From assembly GCA_965216755.1 (NCBI GenBank), contig CBDCGL010000011.1, forward strand, positions 384,001 to 448,000: a DNA stretch of 64,000 nt. Direction: 5' to 3'. Source of the DNA: Alphaproteobacteria bacterium. Its GTDB lineage: Bacteria > Pseudomonadota > Alphaproteobacteria > UBA7887. A program made the position numbers and the translations under genes. Positions 43,682 to 53,803 of this stretch are shown here, piece by piece (within the stretch, counting starts at the first letter, position 1; the number at the start of each line of letters is the position of its first letter). The notes under the pieces were generated by a model. The model saw only the letters and a list, made by a program, of their open reading frames with translations, searched no databases and had not been told where the DNA came from.

Positions 43682-45418
43682 TTACTGATAGGGTAGCCGC
43701 CAAATGTGACAAGCATGCTTAGCCATTTCCTGCTGGCGACGTTCAATTGCCTCCGCGTTCCAGGTTGGCAAATCTAGCAAGGAGCGATTGATCGCCAGGT
43801 CCCCAAGGCGATAGGCTTGCTCTTTCTTCTCTAAAAACGAGGAATTCTGGATTTTCTTGTTTAGCTTACCCGTGAGCAAAGTCATGTTTCCTAAGCGATA
43901 CAAATACTGCTCTGCCTCGTCGCGCTCAAAAACGGTAAGCCATTCGCTAGAGATGCTCTTAGGTAAGATGTGCTCCAAAGTCAGACCTTCCCTCGCCACA
44001 ACATCGCTTGACGATAAGTGGTCATTAATCTTCTTCAAAATATGTCTAGCCAATAACTTGTCTTTATCCATGAATTCTTTCTTCGAAAATTCTCGAATGA
44101 AATCATCATCGCTTGGATAAAGGCCCTTTACACGTGCAAACACTTCGGAAGCCGTGCACCTTTGGTTTTGCCGCACATATCGAGCTGCGTCGCTGAAAAC
44201 CTTTTCTAGGTTACCTGTACGTGCGCGCCCAATAACGCTAAAACGGAATGTAAATACATTTACCATCCTATATATTCTTGCAAATATCGAAGGGTTTGTC
44301 TCAATAACAGCTAACAATAAGGGGTATATCTGAGTAACACGGCCATAAAATTTCATGTCCTTTATCGCTGTGTGTATTATTATCCTATCATCTTTCTCAA
44401 ACAAAAAATTCCACACATCGCTTTCAGTGCTTCTAAATGCACCATAATATTCTGCCGCATCCTTTAATTCCCTAGTGAAACCTCTAACAGAATTGCTATC
44501 TTCATATTCTCTTGTTGCAACTCTATACAGTTCTTTATCACGGACGACCCCTTTTTTAGATAGCCAATAATGTCGTATAAATGTTCTTATGGGGGTTTGA
44601 TTTAGGAAAGCTGCCATAGTGTCCCAGTCGTCTTGCACATAACCAAGGACATCGTCGTTTGATTTGGAAAAGATGTAGTTTTTCAAGAGATCGGCAGTGG
44701 ATAGTTCCAAGCCGCGATCGTTAAGCGTCTCGAATAAAAGGTATGCATCGTAGTTGTCCTTCACAGAAATCTCTATTATATACATGTGTTTGTCTATCGC
44801 GGTGACAATTTTCTGCACAAAATCATCGATGCGCCTGCCGCACTCTTTCTCTTTCTTTATTTGTTTTGTCATCTCATCGAAGAAATATAGGTAAGCGGAA
44901 GCTAATAGTTTGTTTGATCGAAGTGTCTTCCTGCGGCGAGAAGAAATGGTCCGAAGTTCTTCTACGTTTTCCAATGAAAATCCACCGAGCGGCGATAGAA
45001 TCTTATCTTGATAGAATTGTTTGTCGTTCTTGTTTAATTCAATTCTTGACTGCGTGACACGAGTTGAATAATCATAACGTCCTAGAAAATCGTTGGCCAA
45101 TCGTCCGGCGTTGTCTCCTTCATCAGCCGCTTTCAATAGGTCTCGCAAGGCGCAGAGCAAAAGGCAGATCGTTGTTAGCCTTTGTTGACCATCAACAACT
45201 TCCAAGAGAGGCGGATTAGCTGTTTTAATTACCATTGAACCCAAGAAATACTCAGGCGTCTGGTCAGCTAATATTGTGTCTAGGAGATCATACCAAAAGC
45301 GACCGTATTCGTCGTCGGTCCAGGAATAGTCGCGCTGAAAACGTGGAATCTTATAGGTCACTGACCTTCTAAGCATATCTCCGACGCTGCGAGTCGACGA
45401 TTCGATGTTTGCGGGCAT
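43682..45418 (-). CDS. DUF262-DUF1524 (GmrSD/SspE-like) endonuclease
   Basis: IPRFQRDYSW, VDGQQR and FETLNDRG motifs; C-terminal EHILP...LGNMTLL...LN HNH-like motif; visibly AT-rich. Confidence 0.9.
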   Translation of the reverse strand: MPANIESSTRSVGDMLRRSVTYKIPRFQRDYSWTDDEYGRFWYDLLDTILADQTPEYFLGSMVIKTANPPLLEVVDGQQRLTTICLLLCALRDLLKAADEGDNAGRLANDFLGRYDYSTRVTQSRIELNKNDKQFYQDKILSPLGGFSLENVEELRTISSRRRKTLRSNKLLASAYLYFFDEMTKQIKKEKECGRRIDDFVQKIVTAIDKHMYIIEISVKDNYDAYLLFETLNDRGLELSTADLLKNYIFSKSNDDVLGYVQDDWDTMAAFLNQTPIRTFIRHYWLSKKGVVRDKELYRVATREYEDSNSVRGFTRELKDAAEYYGAFRSTESDVWNFLFEKDDRIIIHTAIKDMKFYGRVTQIYPLLLAVIETNPSIFARIYRMVNVFTFRFSVIGRARTGNLEKVFSDAARYVRQNQRCTASEVFARVKGLYPSDDDFIREFSKKEFMDKDKLLARHILKKINDHLSSSDVVAREGLTLEHILPKSISSEWLTVFERDEAEQYLYRLGNMTLLTGKLNKKIQNSSFLEKKEQAYRLGDLAINRSLLDLPTWNAEAIERRQQEMAKHACHIWRLPYQ

Positions 45419-45544
45419 TTTGGTACCTAGCGCTTGCGGATACCTCTTTGAGAAAACTATGATATAGCACGCCATGCAAAAAATAGCACTTATTCAGTAT
45501 CAGTGCCTTTACACATATTAGGACAGTCCGCACACACAGAATAA

Positions 45545-45830
45545 TCAGACGTTGATTCCCAACAATCGGGCCAAACACCGGTGCCGAGCCATGAACGCTT
45601 CCAGAGCTTGCGAATAGTTCGCAACGACGATTGTAACCGGATGCGGCTCCGGCAGATCGCCCGAAGTTTCTTTGACCCATGGGCGTAACGGCCCCCTCAA
45701 GTCACGCCGCTCGGTCGCCAGCGCCATGGCATCGGCGTGTTTGATCTCCGGTTGTTGCGGCCACGTGCAGCCGAAAGCTTCGGCGAGAGCCGCCTCGATC
45801 CGAACTAAAACAGGTTTCAGGTGTGATGAC
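45545..45830 (-). pseudogene. C-terminal remnant of a phage-type HD phosphohydrolase (YfdR-like)
   Basis: The frame reads RIEAALAEAFGCTWPQQPEIKHADAMALATERRDL...PEP...AFMAR; the upstream part is broken by a stop or frameshift. Confidence 0.6.
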
Positions 45831-46205
45831 CTTCAGGCCGACCAACGAATGGGATCGAGCCTTCGATTTTGCGGCGCCGCGCAAGCCCGGTTTTTCCTGT
45901 TGGGGCCTCAGGGGCATCGTCGGCACCTCGCACAACCAAATCGTATGACAGTTCAGGCGGTTTGCGCGGATCAATTGCGGCGAGGTTTAGTTGCTCCTGG
46001 GTGAGGCCGAGAGGTGACCGTGATCGGGAACTGATCGCGCATGTTACGGCGTGCGGCAGGGGGATCAACGGTGCGGATCTGGGCGACAAAGCCCTCGGGC
46101 CGATTGGAGCGCAGTTTATAGCGTTGTCCAGGTAGGACGAATTGCCAAAACTGTCGATACGTATCAGAGTTGTTGTAATCAAAAGAGTGTCTTCAAGAGG
46201 GTCCC

Positions 46206-47225
46206 ATGCGTCTCACGCTCCCGGCATTTCTGTTGGCGGCAATCCATATCACCACGGGGTACGCAAATAGTACTGGTATCCAGACCAATGTTGCTGGCCC
46301 GGACCCCACGGAAAGGCCCAGCGTGACCGTGTCGCAAATAGTTCGAGACGATCCGGGCGCGGCGAGGGGCCATGCGGACCTACCGTCTTTTCTCAAATCG
46401 TCGAAAGCCCCCCATGCGCTTGAACAGAGCGCAGAGTGTCGCCATCGCCCGGCCTACGAGACTGCGCTGATGCAAAATGTTCTCGAAAACTTCGACCGGA
46501 CCGAAACGCTTCGGCTAACCGGTCCCGAGTGGGATAACACGCTAGTGCGTAATTGCAGGATCCACGATACGGCTGAGGATGGGGTGATCATCAAGAACGT
46601 CAGAAATGTCGTTGTCACGAATTGCGAAATTTGGAATACGGGCGGCGAGGGCATCAAAACAAGCTCGAGCGGAAGTACTGAGAATGTGACGCTCGACGGA
46701 AACTACATTCACGACACGGCTTCGCAAGGTATCCATGCCCCGCAACGATCGGCTGAAGGCATCGATCACAGAAATCTGAGAATATTGAATAACGTGATAG
46801 AGAATACTGGATCACATGCAATTTATGTCCAGTCGCAAGACTTCATGATAGCGAACAACACGATCCGTGGCTGGCGGAAGGGTAACGGCGTGACCGTACG
46901 CAGTTCAGGTACGATCAAATGTAATGCTATATCGGGCGCTTCGCTCAATGATAAGCCAGCCATACGTTACTATTCAGATCATCAGTCGGGACTCTCAAAC
47001 GCATTGGTGATCGAGCGGAATGAGATTACCAGCGATACAATCGGCATCGATTTATACCCGCCCAGACAACGGTATGATGGCCAAGCTCCGACGGACCACG
47101 TGGTCAAGAACTTCATCGTAAGATACAATAGGGTCACGGCTATCAAGCCGCTAAGAATACATTCCGACTACGATCAACGAGAATTCTCAATTCGCATGTA
47201 CGACAACTGGCTTATGGCGAAGTAA
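46206..47225 (+). CDS. Exported right-handed parallel beta-helix protein
   Basis: Signal-like N-terminus and repeated NCRIHDT.EDG / NCEIWNT.GEG / GNYIHDT.SQG coils. Confidence 0.82.
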   Translation: MRLTLPAFLLAAIHITTGYANSTGIQTNVAGPDPTERPSVTVSQIVRDDPGAARGHADLPSFLKSSKAPHALEQSAECRHRPAYETALMQNVLENFDRTETLRLTGPEWDNTLVRNCRIHDTAEDGVIIKNVRNVVVTNCEIWNTGGEGIKTSSSGSTENVTLDGNYIHDTASQGIHAPQRSAEGIDHRNLRILNNVIENTGSHAIYVQSQDFMIANNTIRGWRKGNGVTVRSSGTIKCNAISGASLNDKPAIRYYSDHQSGLSNALVIERNEITSDTIGIDLYPPRQRYDGQAPTDHVVKNFIVRYNRVTAIKPLRIHSDYDQREFSIRMYDNWLMAK

Positions 47226-47232
47226 ATTCACG

Positions 47233-48726
47233 TTAGGGGCGCAATACAGCTGTCGAAGAGCGGAAAACCGATACAAACGCTTTCTCCGGCCCCTCGGGAA
47301 GACCAGAGATATACCACAGCAGGAGCAAGGCAAGGACATAAGTGCCGCCACCCACTATGCCACAAACCAAGAGTTGAACAAGGTTCTGAACAAGCGTGGA
47401 GTCAGACGGAATCAATAAACGTACGCCAATCACCAAAGATGCCATCATGATGAGAGCGACGCAACCGCGCAAGAAAGATGGGATGATTTCACTCGCCGAA
47501 GCGTTCACATAATATAATACGTACGCTAATGATAATAAGGTCGTGACGGCACTTGAAAATGCGACGGCCAAGGCGACACCGTATGTTGAGGCGGTGACCG
47601 CGCCGACATAAATGAGCGGCACGGCGACGGCGGCACCAATGGATTGTACCACGAGCATCGAACGCGTTTTTCCAAGGGCAAGAAAAACGGCTCCGCACGA
47701 CGCGTTACACAAATGAAATAGCGCGTACAGAACCAGAACGCGAATGAGAGGAATGGTGTCTAGCCAAGTGTTTCCAAGTACAACAATCACAAATGGACGA
47801 GCGACCAATCCTGTGAGAATCGCTATCGGCGCGCCGATACAGAAGATCAGAGAAAAGGATTGTATGAATGAGGTTTTGAGCAACTCGGGCTGATTAGCCA
47901 TTCTTGCGTAAGCCGGAAACATTGCACTGCGCAATGGTGCCGCCAACTCAGCGCCGACAAACTGCGAAATCGTTTTTGCCAGGTCATAAAAACCGAGAGC
48001 TGATGCACCGGAGAGTTTGCCGATAATAAGAGCGTCAGCCCGTTGACGAAGACTGAACACGATTCCGTGTGGGATAAGCCATTTCGAATAGTCGAAGATA
48101 TCGCGCCACGCGGCCAATGAAAATCGCGGCCTGAAGGCGTGCATGTGATAGCTCAAGGCCACGAGCAGGATGCGGGAGGTTGCATAACCGGCAATCAGTG
48201 CCCAATAGTTCTGCCAAAGTAGGGCGACCGCGACGGCGATCAAGAAACTTCCGAGCCGGCTTGCGAAATTGAGCTTGAACACTTTATCAAAAGTGAGGTC
48301 CTTGAAAAAATCAATCGCACCGACATTCTGCGTGCCTTCAATAAGGACAATCGCTGCCAGCCAATAAACAATTGCCTCGAGCTCAGGGGAGCCAAAGAAC
48401 GACGCGCAGGGGCGAGCCAGAAAGACAAGCACAAGCGCCATCAGGAGGCCGCGAAGGAACGTCAGGGTCCAGACGGTATCGTAGTGGCGGCGTTCGGCCC
48501 GCGTGTTTTGTATCAACGCGAGGTCAGGGCGTAGTCGCGACAAGGCCTCGACGAATCCCAAGATCATCATGGCCAGGGCGACGATACCGAAATCGGTGGG
48601 TGCCAACAGGCGCGCCAGAACCAGCGTGCGGACAAATCCGAGGCCTCCAACCGCCCAACGCAGAAAAACCATCCATCCCGCACCTCGGGCGATCTGCCGA
48701 CCGGTTACGGGTTGTTCGTTTGTCAT
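47233..48726 (-). CDS. Wzx-type polysaccharide flippase
   Basis: LARLLAPTDFG, ADALIIGKL.G...LGFY and many TM helices. Confidence 0.92.
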   Translation of the reverse strand: MTNEQPVTGRQIARGAGWMVFLRWAVGGLGFVRTLVLARLLAPTDFGIVALAMMILGFVEALSRLRPDLALIQNTRAERRHYDTVWTLTFLRGLLMALVLVFLARPCASFFGSPELEAIVYWLAAIVLIEGTQNVGAIDFFKDLTFDKVFKLNFASRLGSFLIAVAVALLWQNYWALIAGYATSRILLVALSYHMHAFRPRFSLAAWRDIFDYSKWLIPHGIVFSLRQRADALIIGKLSGASALGFYDLAKTISQFVGAELAAPLRSAMFPAYARMANQPELLKTSFIQSFSLIFCIGAPIAILTGLVARPFVIVVLGNTWLDTIPLIRVLVLYALFHLCNASCGAVFLALGKTRSMLVVQSIGAAVAVPLIYVGAVTASTYGVALAVAFSSAVTTLLSLAYVLYYVNASASEIIPSFLRGCVALIMMASLVIGVRLLIPSDSTLVQNLVQLLVCGIVGGGTYVLALLLLWYISGLPEGPEKAFVSVFRSSTAVLRP

Positions 48727-49057
48727 GCCTAAGGTCTCGAAAATACCAACACGCGGCTAGGAAGGTGGATGAGGTATCGCACCTTGTCAAATGGAACGGC
48801 GGCCTGAAAGCGGATGAGTTGATCGAGATGGCGGGAAACACGACGCTGGGCCTATAGAAAACCCGACATAAACCGACGGGTTGTTACGGCGGGCTGCGGG
48901 CAGGTACGGTGGGGGATGGTGAATTTTCCAAGATGTTGGGCCGCCGCCGTAGATGCGCTTTTCCAACGAGATCGCACCTTCCTTGCAAAATTATGCGATA
49001 TATTGCTTTCGGCGGATTTCGAGATGCAGCAATGGCGACGTAAGATCAGTTCGCGGA

Positions 49058-50641
49058 ATGACCCCTGAATCAAACTTGGTGGAACGAGTGGCAACACGCC
49101 GCGGGCGCCTTGTTGGCGATCTGTTCGATGCGTGGGACGAGCTTGATGTTTTGTTTTGTATTTGGAAAACATCAAGCCTGAAAAAGGCCTTCATGGGGCA
49201 GTCGGATTTCGACATTCTCATTTCTCAGGCGGACGCAGGCAACGCGGAACGCGCTTTTCTTGAGCACGGCTTCATTCGTGTTGTGGGGCCGGATCGCAAA
49301 CAGATGCCGGCAGTCGAAGATTGGGTCGGGTACGATCACGATGCCGATACGTCATATCACTTTCACGTCTATTTTCAGTTGTGGGAAGGAATCGGCGGCC
49401 TTGCAGAATATCGTTTACCTTGGGAGGCGCGCGTCTTGGCCTCGCGCGAACGCGACGAGAATGCCGGCGGGACTTGGGTCATCGATCCGAACCTAGAAAG
49501 TATTTTGGTCGTGGTTCGAATGGCGCTGCGAGCAAACACGGGTGGTGCGTTTTGGTGCGCTGTCCGCAACAAGCCCTATTTGTCACGGCTCTGGGATCAC
49601 CTGGACCAGTTGAGCGAGCGTACACACCGTGAGGAAGTTGCTTCGTGTGCGGCGGATCTTCTTGGTTCCGGGTTATCCGCATCAGTCCTGGTGGGGCGGT
49701 TGAGCGGGCGAGCACAGGGGGACAAAGGGTTTTTGAGCTGGGCGCGCGGGCTTAGATCTGGTGTGCATATGTACTCAAGGTTCGGTCGCTGGCGAACGCG
49801 CTATCATCGGCTTGGGCTGTTTGTCATGTCCATCTTTGAACGGTTTCGGCGCCGTTTGGGCGTACACGACGGCACAAAGTGCCTCCATAATGGCGGCCGA
49901 ATTATCGCAATTGTGGGACCAGATGGCGCCGGCAAATCGACAATTTCGAAGAGCCTCGTGGCTTGGCTGTCGTGGAAGATCGATGCCCAGTATGTTTATA
50001 TGGGCGAAGGCGTGGGTTCGAATGTAACGGCTTGGCTACGGCGATTACGGCGAGTCGCAAGAACGACCCTTCGGCCCTTAGTACGTCCAAAAAAAGCAAA
50101 TTCAGAAAGCGGGGATTTGCGCCGGTCTCGACGTTTAATCATGCACCACGGTCGAAACCCGCTTATGGCATATTTGAAGGCCAACGGGTTTGCGGTTACA
50201 CGTATACTCTTGGTGTGGGAGCGTCGCCGGAAGTTCAGAACCCTTCAGCGTGCTCGCATGCGCGGCGGATTGGTGATTACCGACCGTTACCCGCAAAGCG
50301 ATTTTATCGGATTTTATGATGGACCGCGCTACCAAAATAGCGACGCAAACTTGAAATATCGATTATCGCGTCTCGCCGCGAATTTGGAAGCGGCATTTTA
50401 CGAACACGTCGGGCGGATGCCCCCCGATCTCGTCGTGCGGCTTCACGTTAGCGAAGACGTGGCGCTCGCACGGAAACCGGATCATGGTCTCGATATGATC
50501 CGTAAGAAGATCGAAGCGACGCCGAAAATTTGCTTTGGGGACGCGCGAACGATCGATGTCGATGCGGCTCGCCCGCTGGCGATTGTGGAACGACAAGTCA
50601 AAAAATGGGTATGGACGAACCTACAATACCGCGCCCGTTGA
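49058..50641 (+). CDS. Nucleotidyltransferase-like plus thymidylate-kinase-like fusion protein
   Basis: N-terminal WK...GQSDFDIL; C-terminal GPDGAGKST Walker A and ITDRYP. Start is uncertain (ORF from 48953). Confidence 0.75.
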   Translation: MTPESNLVERVATRRGRLVGDLFDAWDELDVLFCIWKTSSLKKAFMGQSDFDILISQADAGNAERAFLEHGFIRVVGPDRKQMPAVEDWVGYDHDADTSYHFHVYFQLWEGIGGLAEYRLPWEARVLASRERDENAGGTWVIDPNLESILVVVRMALRANTGGAFWCAVRNKPYLSRLWDHLDQLSERTHREEVASCAADLLGSGLSASVLVGRLSGRAQGDKGFLSWARGLRSGVHMYSRFGRWRTRYHRLGLFVMSIFERFRRRLGVHDGTKCLHNGGRIIAIVGPDGAGKSTISKSLVAWLSWKIDAQYVYMGEGVGSNVTAWLRRLRRVARTTLRPLVRPKKANSESGDLRRSRRLIMHHGRNPLMAYLKANGFAVTRILLVWERRRKFRTLQRARMRGGLVITDRYPQSDFIGFYDGPRYQNSDANLKYRLSRLAANLEAAFYEHVGRMPPDLVVRLHVSEDVALARKPDHGLDMIRKKIEATPKICFGDARTIDVDAARPLAIVERQVKKWVWTNLQYRAR

Positions 50642-51393
50642 TCGTCGAGTTCGTGGGATTTACGGGCGCCGGTAAGAGCACAATCCAGAACGAACTGATG
50701 AACCGGCTAGCGGCGCGCGGGCTTGGATTCGTTGATGTGGGGGGACGGGTCAAGACGCGTTGGGCAGACAACTCGGTTGTTGTCAGGCGCCTTCAAAAAC
50801 TCCTATTCTTTCTGCGCTATCCATTTATGAATTTGCGGCTTTTTTCGGCTGCTATTCGGTATGTCACTGCGGTCAAACCATTTCGCTTTCAAGAAGCGCG
50901 GTGGATCCGCCATTTGTTTGTGCTCGACCGAGCCTATAAATCGCTTTTCGATAATGGTTGTTCGCCGGTGCCACGCGTCGCCGTCTGCGGCGATGGGTTT
51001 CTTCAGGTTATTTGGACCCTGACCCTGATGCGCGAACCGCCGCCACGGCAAATCTTGCACCGAATGATGGATGTCATTTTGCGTGATCACGACATTTTTC
51101 CCATCCTTGTCGTGGTAAGCGCATCTGAGGCGTGCAGCAGACTGCGGAACAGGCCGGTGCCCGGCAGCCGCCTGGCACATATGTCCGATGACACGGTTCT
51201 GAACGTACTGGAGAGGCATCGCGAGACTTTGACGGAGATCTTTACCGTCAGCGGCGAAAGATCCAGTCAGGGGTCGCTCACAATTTCCGGAGCGGACAAC
51301 GTTGAAGAAAACGCGCGCCAGATATGCCAGCACCTTGAGAATATCGTGGTTCGAGATAGCAACGCCATCGACGCCGCAGACAACGAAAATTGA
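50611..51393 (+). CDS. P-loop NMP-kinase-like protein
   Basis: IVEFVGFTGAGKST, GDGFLQ and RLRNR motifs; overlaps the end of the preceding gene. Confidence 0.72.
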   Translation: MDEPTIPRPLIVEFVGFTGAGKSTIQNELMNRLAARGLGFVDVGGRVKTRWADNSVVVRRLQKLLFFLRYPFMNLRLFSAAIRYVTAVKPFRFQEARWIRHLFVLDRAYKSLFDNGCSPVPRVAVCGDGFLQVIWTLTLMREPPPRQILHRMMDVILRDHDIFPILVVVSASEACSRLRNRPVPGSRLAHMSDDTVLNVLERHRETLTEIFTVSGERSSQGSLTISGADNVEENARQICQHLENIVVRDSNAIDAADNEN

Positions 51394-51747
51394 TAATTTC
51401 CGTAGGAATAATCAGCAATTGACGCAGACTATGTTGCAACACTGAAGCAATCGCGCGTGACATGATGCGAGAAACGCATGGAATGTGTGTAGCGATCTAG
51501 CCAAAGTTGTTATCGTTCATGCACGCCTCACGTCAAGTTCGGAGGTCACATTTGCGCCGAGGCTGTTCGACTGTCGCCCCGTTCTCATACAATTTTGCGA
51601 AACAAGTCTATCGGCGTGATCCGGGCAAACCTACCGAAATAACGCCGAGTGTCATTGGTCGACGGCTGTCAGCCAATTTGCTTGAACCTTGATCCTTTCA
51701 TACGAGAGGTGACATTATCAATTAACTGGTTGGAGCGTGTGTTTGGC

Positions 51748-53658
51748 ATGAGCGATTTCTTCGCTTTTTTTTCCCGGAAGCACTTGGGCGCGGATATCCC
51801 GCATTGGCAGGCGCTCTTTCAGATATTGCAAGCGCGCCAGGGCAGCAAGACGGTGGATCATTACGAATCGCCACATTACCGTATTTTGTTGTCACTTTGG
51901 CGGGACGATCGGTCCATGCTTCGGTTCGATCGTGACGAGAGTTTTCTTTTCTTGAGTAAAGGGGTGATTTTCGATAGCGAGACCGACGTTGCCACACTTG
52001 ATATTCAGTTGATATGCGCGGCGCTCCGCGCCAACGATGTTGACGCGTTGTTGCGATACGAAGGCGCTTTTGCATGCTGTGCTTGGGACGACGTGACACG
52101 GCGCGCTTTTATATTCAACGATCAAGTTGCTCAGCTAAACATATACTATGCTGAATACGAAGACGGTTTGTACGTTTCGACAAATGCTTTGGCGCTGGCG
52201 CGCGCCTTAGGACTCAAGCTTGACCCGACCGCAGTGCAGGAGTTTCTGGCGTTGGGCGTTGTCCATTGTCCAGACAGCATGTTCGAAGGTTTAAAGCGGG
52301 TAGGTGTGGGCGAGTATTTGGTCTATGACCGTGACGGCATCAAGGTCGTGAAAGCTTGGCGGCCCTTGGCCCATCGCGAAGAGATCTCTTCACGCCGTCA
52401 GGCCGTCGACAGACTCAAAGAGGTCGTAAGGGACCGTATTTGGCGACTACGGCGCGCCGCGTCGGATGGCAAGATCGTCTGCGATATGACTGCCGGGTAC
52501 GATAGTCGACTCATCGGAGCCGCGTGCCACGATCTCGGTCTGAATATTGGCCTAACGGTCAATGGTGAGAAAGAAGATGTCGATGTGCGTATTGCTCACC
52601 GTATCGCGAGCGTGCTCGACGTGCCGCTTGCGTATTTCGAGACGTCCAAAGAGGTGAGGCACGACATTGAAGGAGATTTCAAGCTGGATCTTCTTTATCG
52701 GACCAGCGGCGAGCTTCCGTTCAATGAGATTTACCGTCACGCGCTATCGCGGCCGCGGTTGGGTAGCGAATATGATTTGCATTTTAACGGTTCTGGTGGC
52801 GAGCTGTTTCGGTACTATCCATGGAGTCAAGAATTCTTCGGCATCGGGCGGCGACGGCTTGCTAATGTTGAAAGGGCCTTGCGGTATCGATACGTTCCAA
52901 AGCATGCTGTGCGGCGAGATGTATTTCGACAAGACTGGTATCCCTACTTTGTCGCACGGCTGCGTCGCCGTATCCTCGAGATTTTTCGAAGCGAACCGAG
53001 ATCGCTGACAACCCAGCAGTTGGACACGGCGTATCTCTGGAAGAAGACGGGAAACCCGACCGCCTACTTGTCGGCCCTTTCGAACTGGTTGCCAACGATG
53101 AGTCCGTTGTTGTGCGCCGGCGTGGTTGAAGCGGTTATTGCCTTGCCGTGGCGTTTTCGTCTGACGAGCGGATTACAAAGACATGTGATAAACGAACTGT
53201 GTCCAGAGTTGGGTAAGGTGCCGACGCAATATGGGGGGCGCGGTGGCCCAGTTTCAATCTGGCATCTTGGAGCCGAGTTCAAACAAGTTCTGAATCGGAC
53301 TGGGAAGCTAGTGGGGAAACTCGATAGAATGATTTTGGGGGACGGGTTTACCGGAACTTTCTCTCGATTCGGCAGCGGCCCAACGAAATTGCATGGCGGC
53401 ATTCCCGACATTTTCCGATTTGCCTTTCCGCCAAACGAAATGCGAAGCGCGGGTTTATACAATCCTGAGACCCTGCGGGCTATCACGAACGGTGCGGGTG
53501 GGCGTTTCCCGAAGTTATTGGTCGAACGTATGGCTACGATCGAGCTTTTGTGCCGAGAATTGGACTTCGAGCCGAATGAGGGGTTCCTGCTCAGTCAGGA
53601 GGGGGACGGCGGTCACGGCGTCAAGAGCGTAGAGGATCCGCGGCCAAGGATAGCGTGA
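51748..53658 (+). CDS. Asparagine synthase-related (amidotransferase-like) protein
   Basis: Degenerate GATase-II region (YEGAFA) with no N-terminal Cys; PP-loop variant DMTAGYDSR and NGSGGELFR. Confidence 0.8.
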   Translation: MSDFFAFFSRKHLGADIPHWQALFQILQARQGSKTVDHYESPHYRILLSLWRDDRSMLRFDRDESFLFLSKGVIFDSETDVATLDIQLICAALRANDVDALLRYEGAFACCAWDDVTRRAFIFNDQVAQLNIYYAEYEDGLYVSTNALALARALGLKLDPTAVQEFLALGVVHCPDSMFEGLKRVGVGEYLVYDRDGIKVVKAWRPLAHREEISSRRQAVDRLKEVVRDRIWRLRRAASDGKIVCDMTAGYDSRLIGAACHDLGLNIGLTVNGEKEDVDVRIAHRIASVLDVPLAYFETSKEVRHDIEGDFKLDLLYRTSGELPFNEIYRHALSRPRLGSEYDLHFNGSGGELFRYYPWSQEFFGIGRRRLANVERALRYRYVPKHAVRRDVFRQDWYPYFVARLRRRILEIFRSEPRSLTTQQLDTAYLWKKTGNPTAYLSALSNWLPTMSPLLCAGVVEAVIALPWRFRLTSGLQRHVINELCPELGKVPTQYGGRGGPVSIWHLGAEFKQVLNRTGKLVGKLDRMILGDGFTGTFSRFGSGPTKLHGGIPDIFRFAFPPNEMRSAGLYNPETLRAITNGAGGRFPKLLVERMATIELLCRELDFEPNEGFLLSQEGDGGHGVKSVEDPRPRIA

Positions 53659-53803
53659 CCGAATTCCGAATAGAAGAAATTGGCTTGGACGGCCGGTGAG
53701 GATCAACTCGTCGCTGAAGAGTCCACATAGAATCGCGGTCGCTGCATATGAGGCGCTCTTCGCTGTCGAAAGCCGGAAAACAAAACCGTTTCGATCGGAA
53801 TAC

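Noticed and set aside
49058-53658. Lasso peptide cluster (AsnB-like cyclase plus kinase plus nucleotidyltransferase)
   Set aside because: No PqqD/RRE, transglutaminase-like peptidase or precursor peptide is visible, and the context is polysaccharide biosynthesis.
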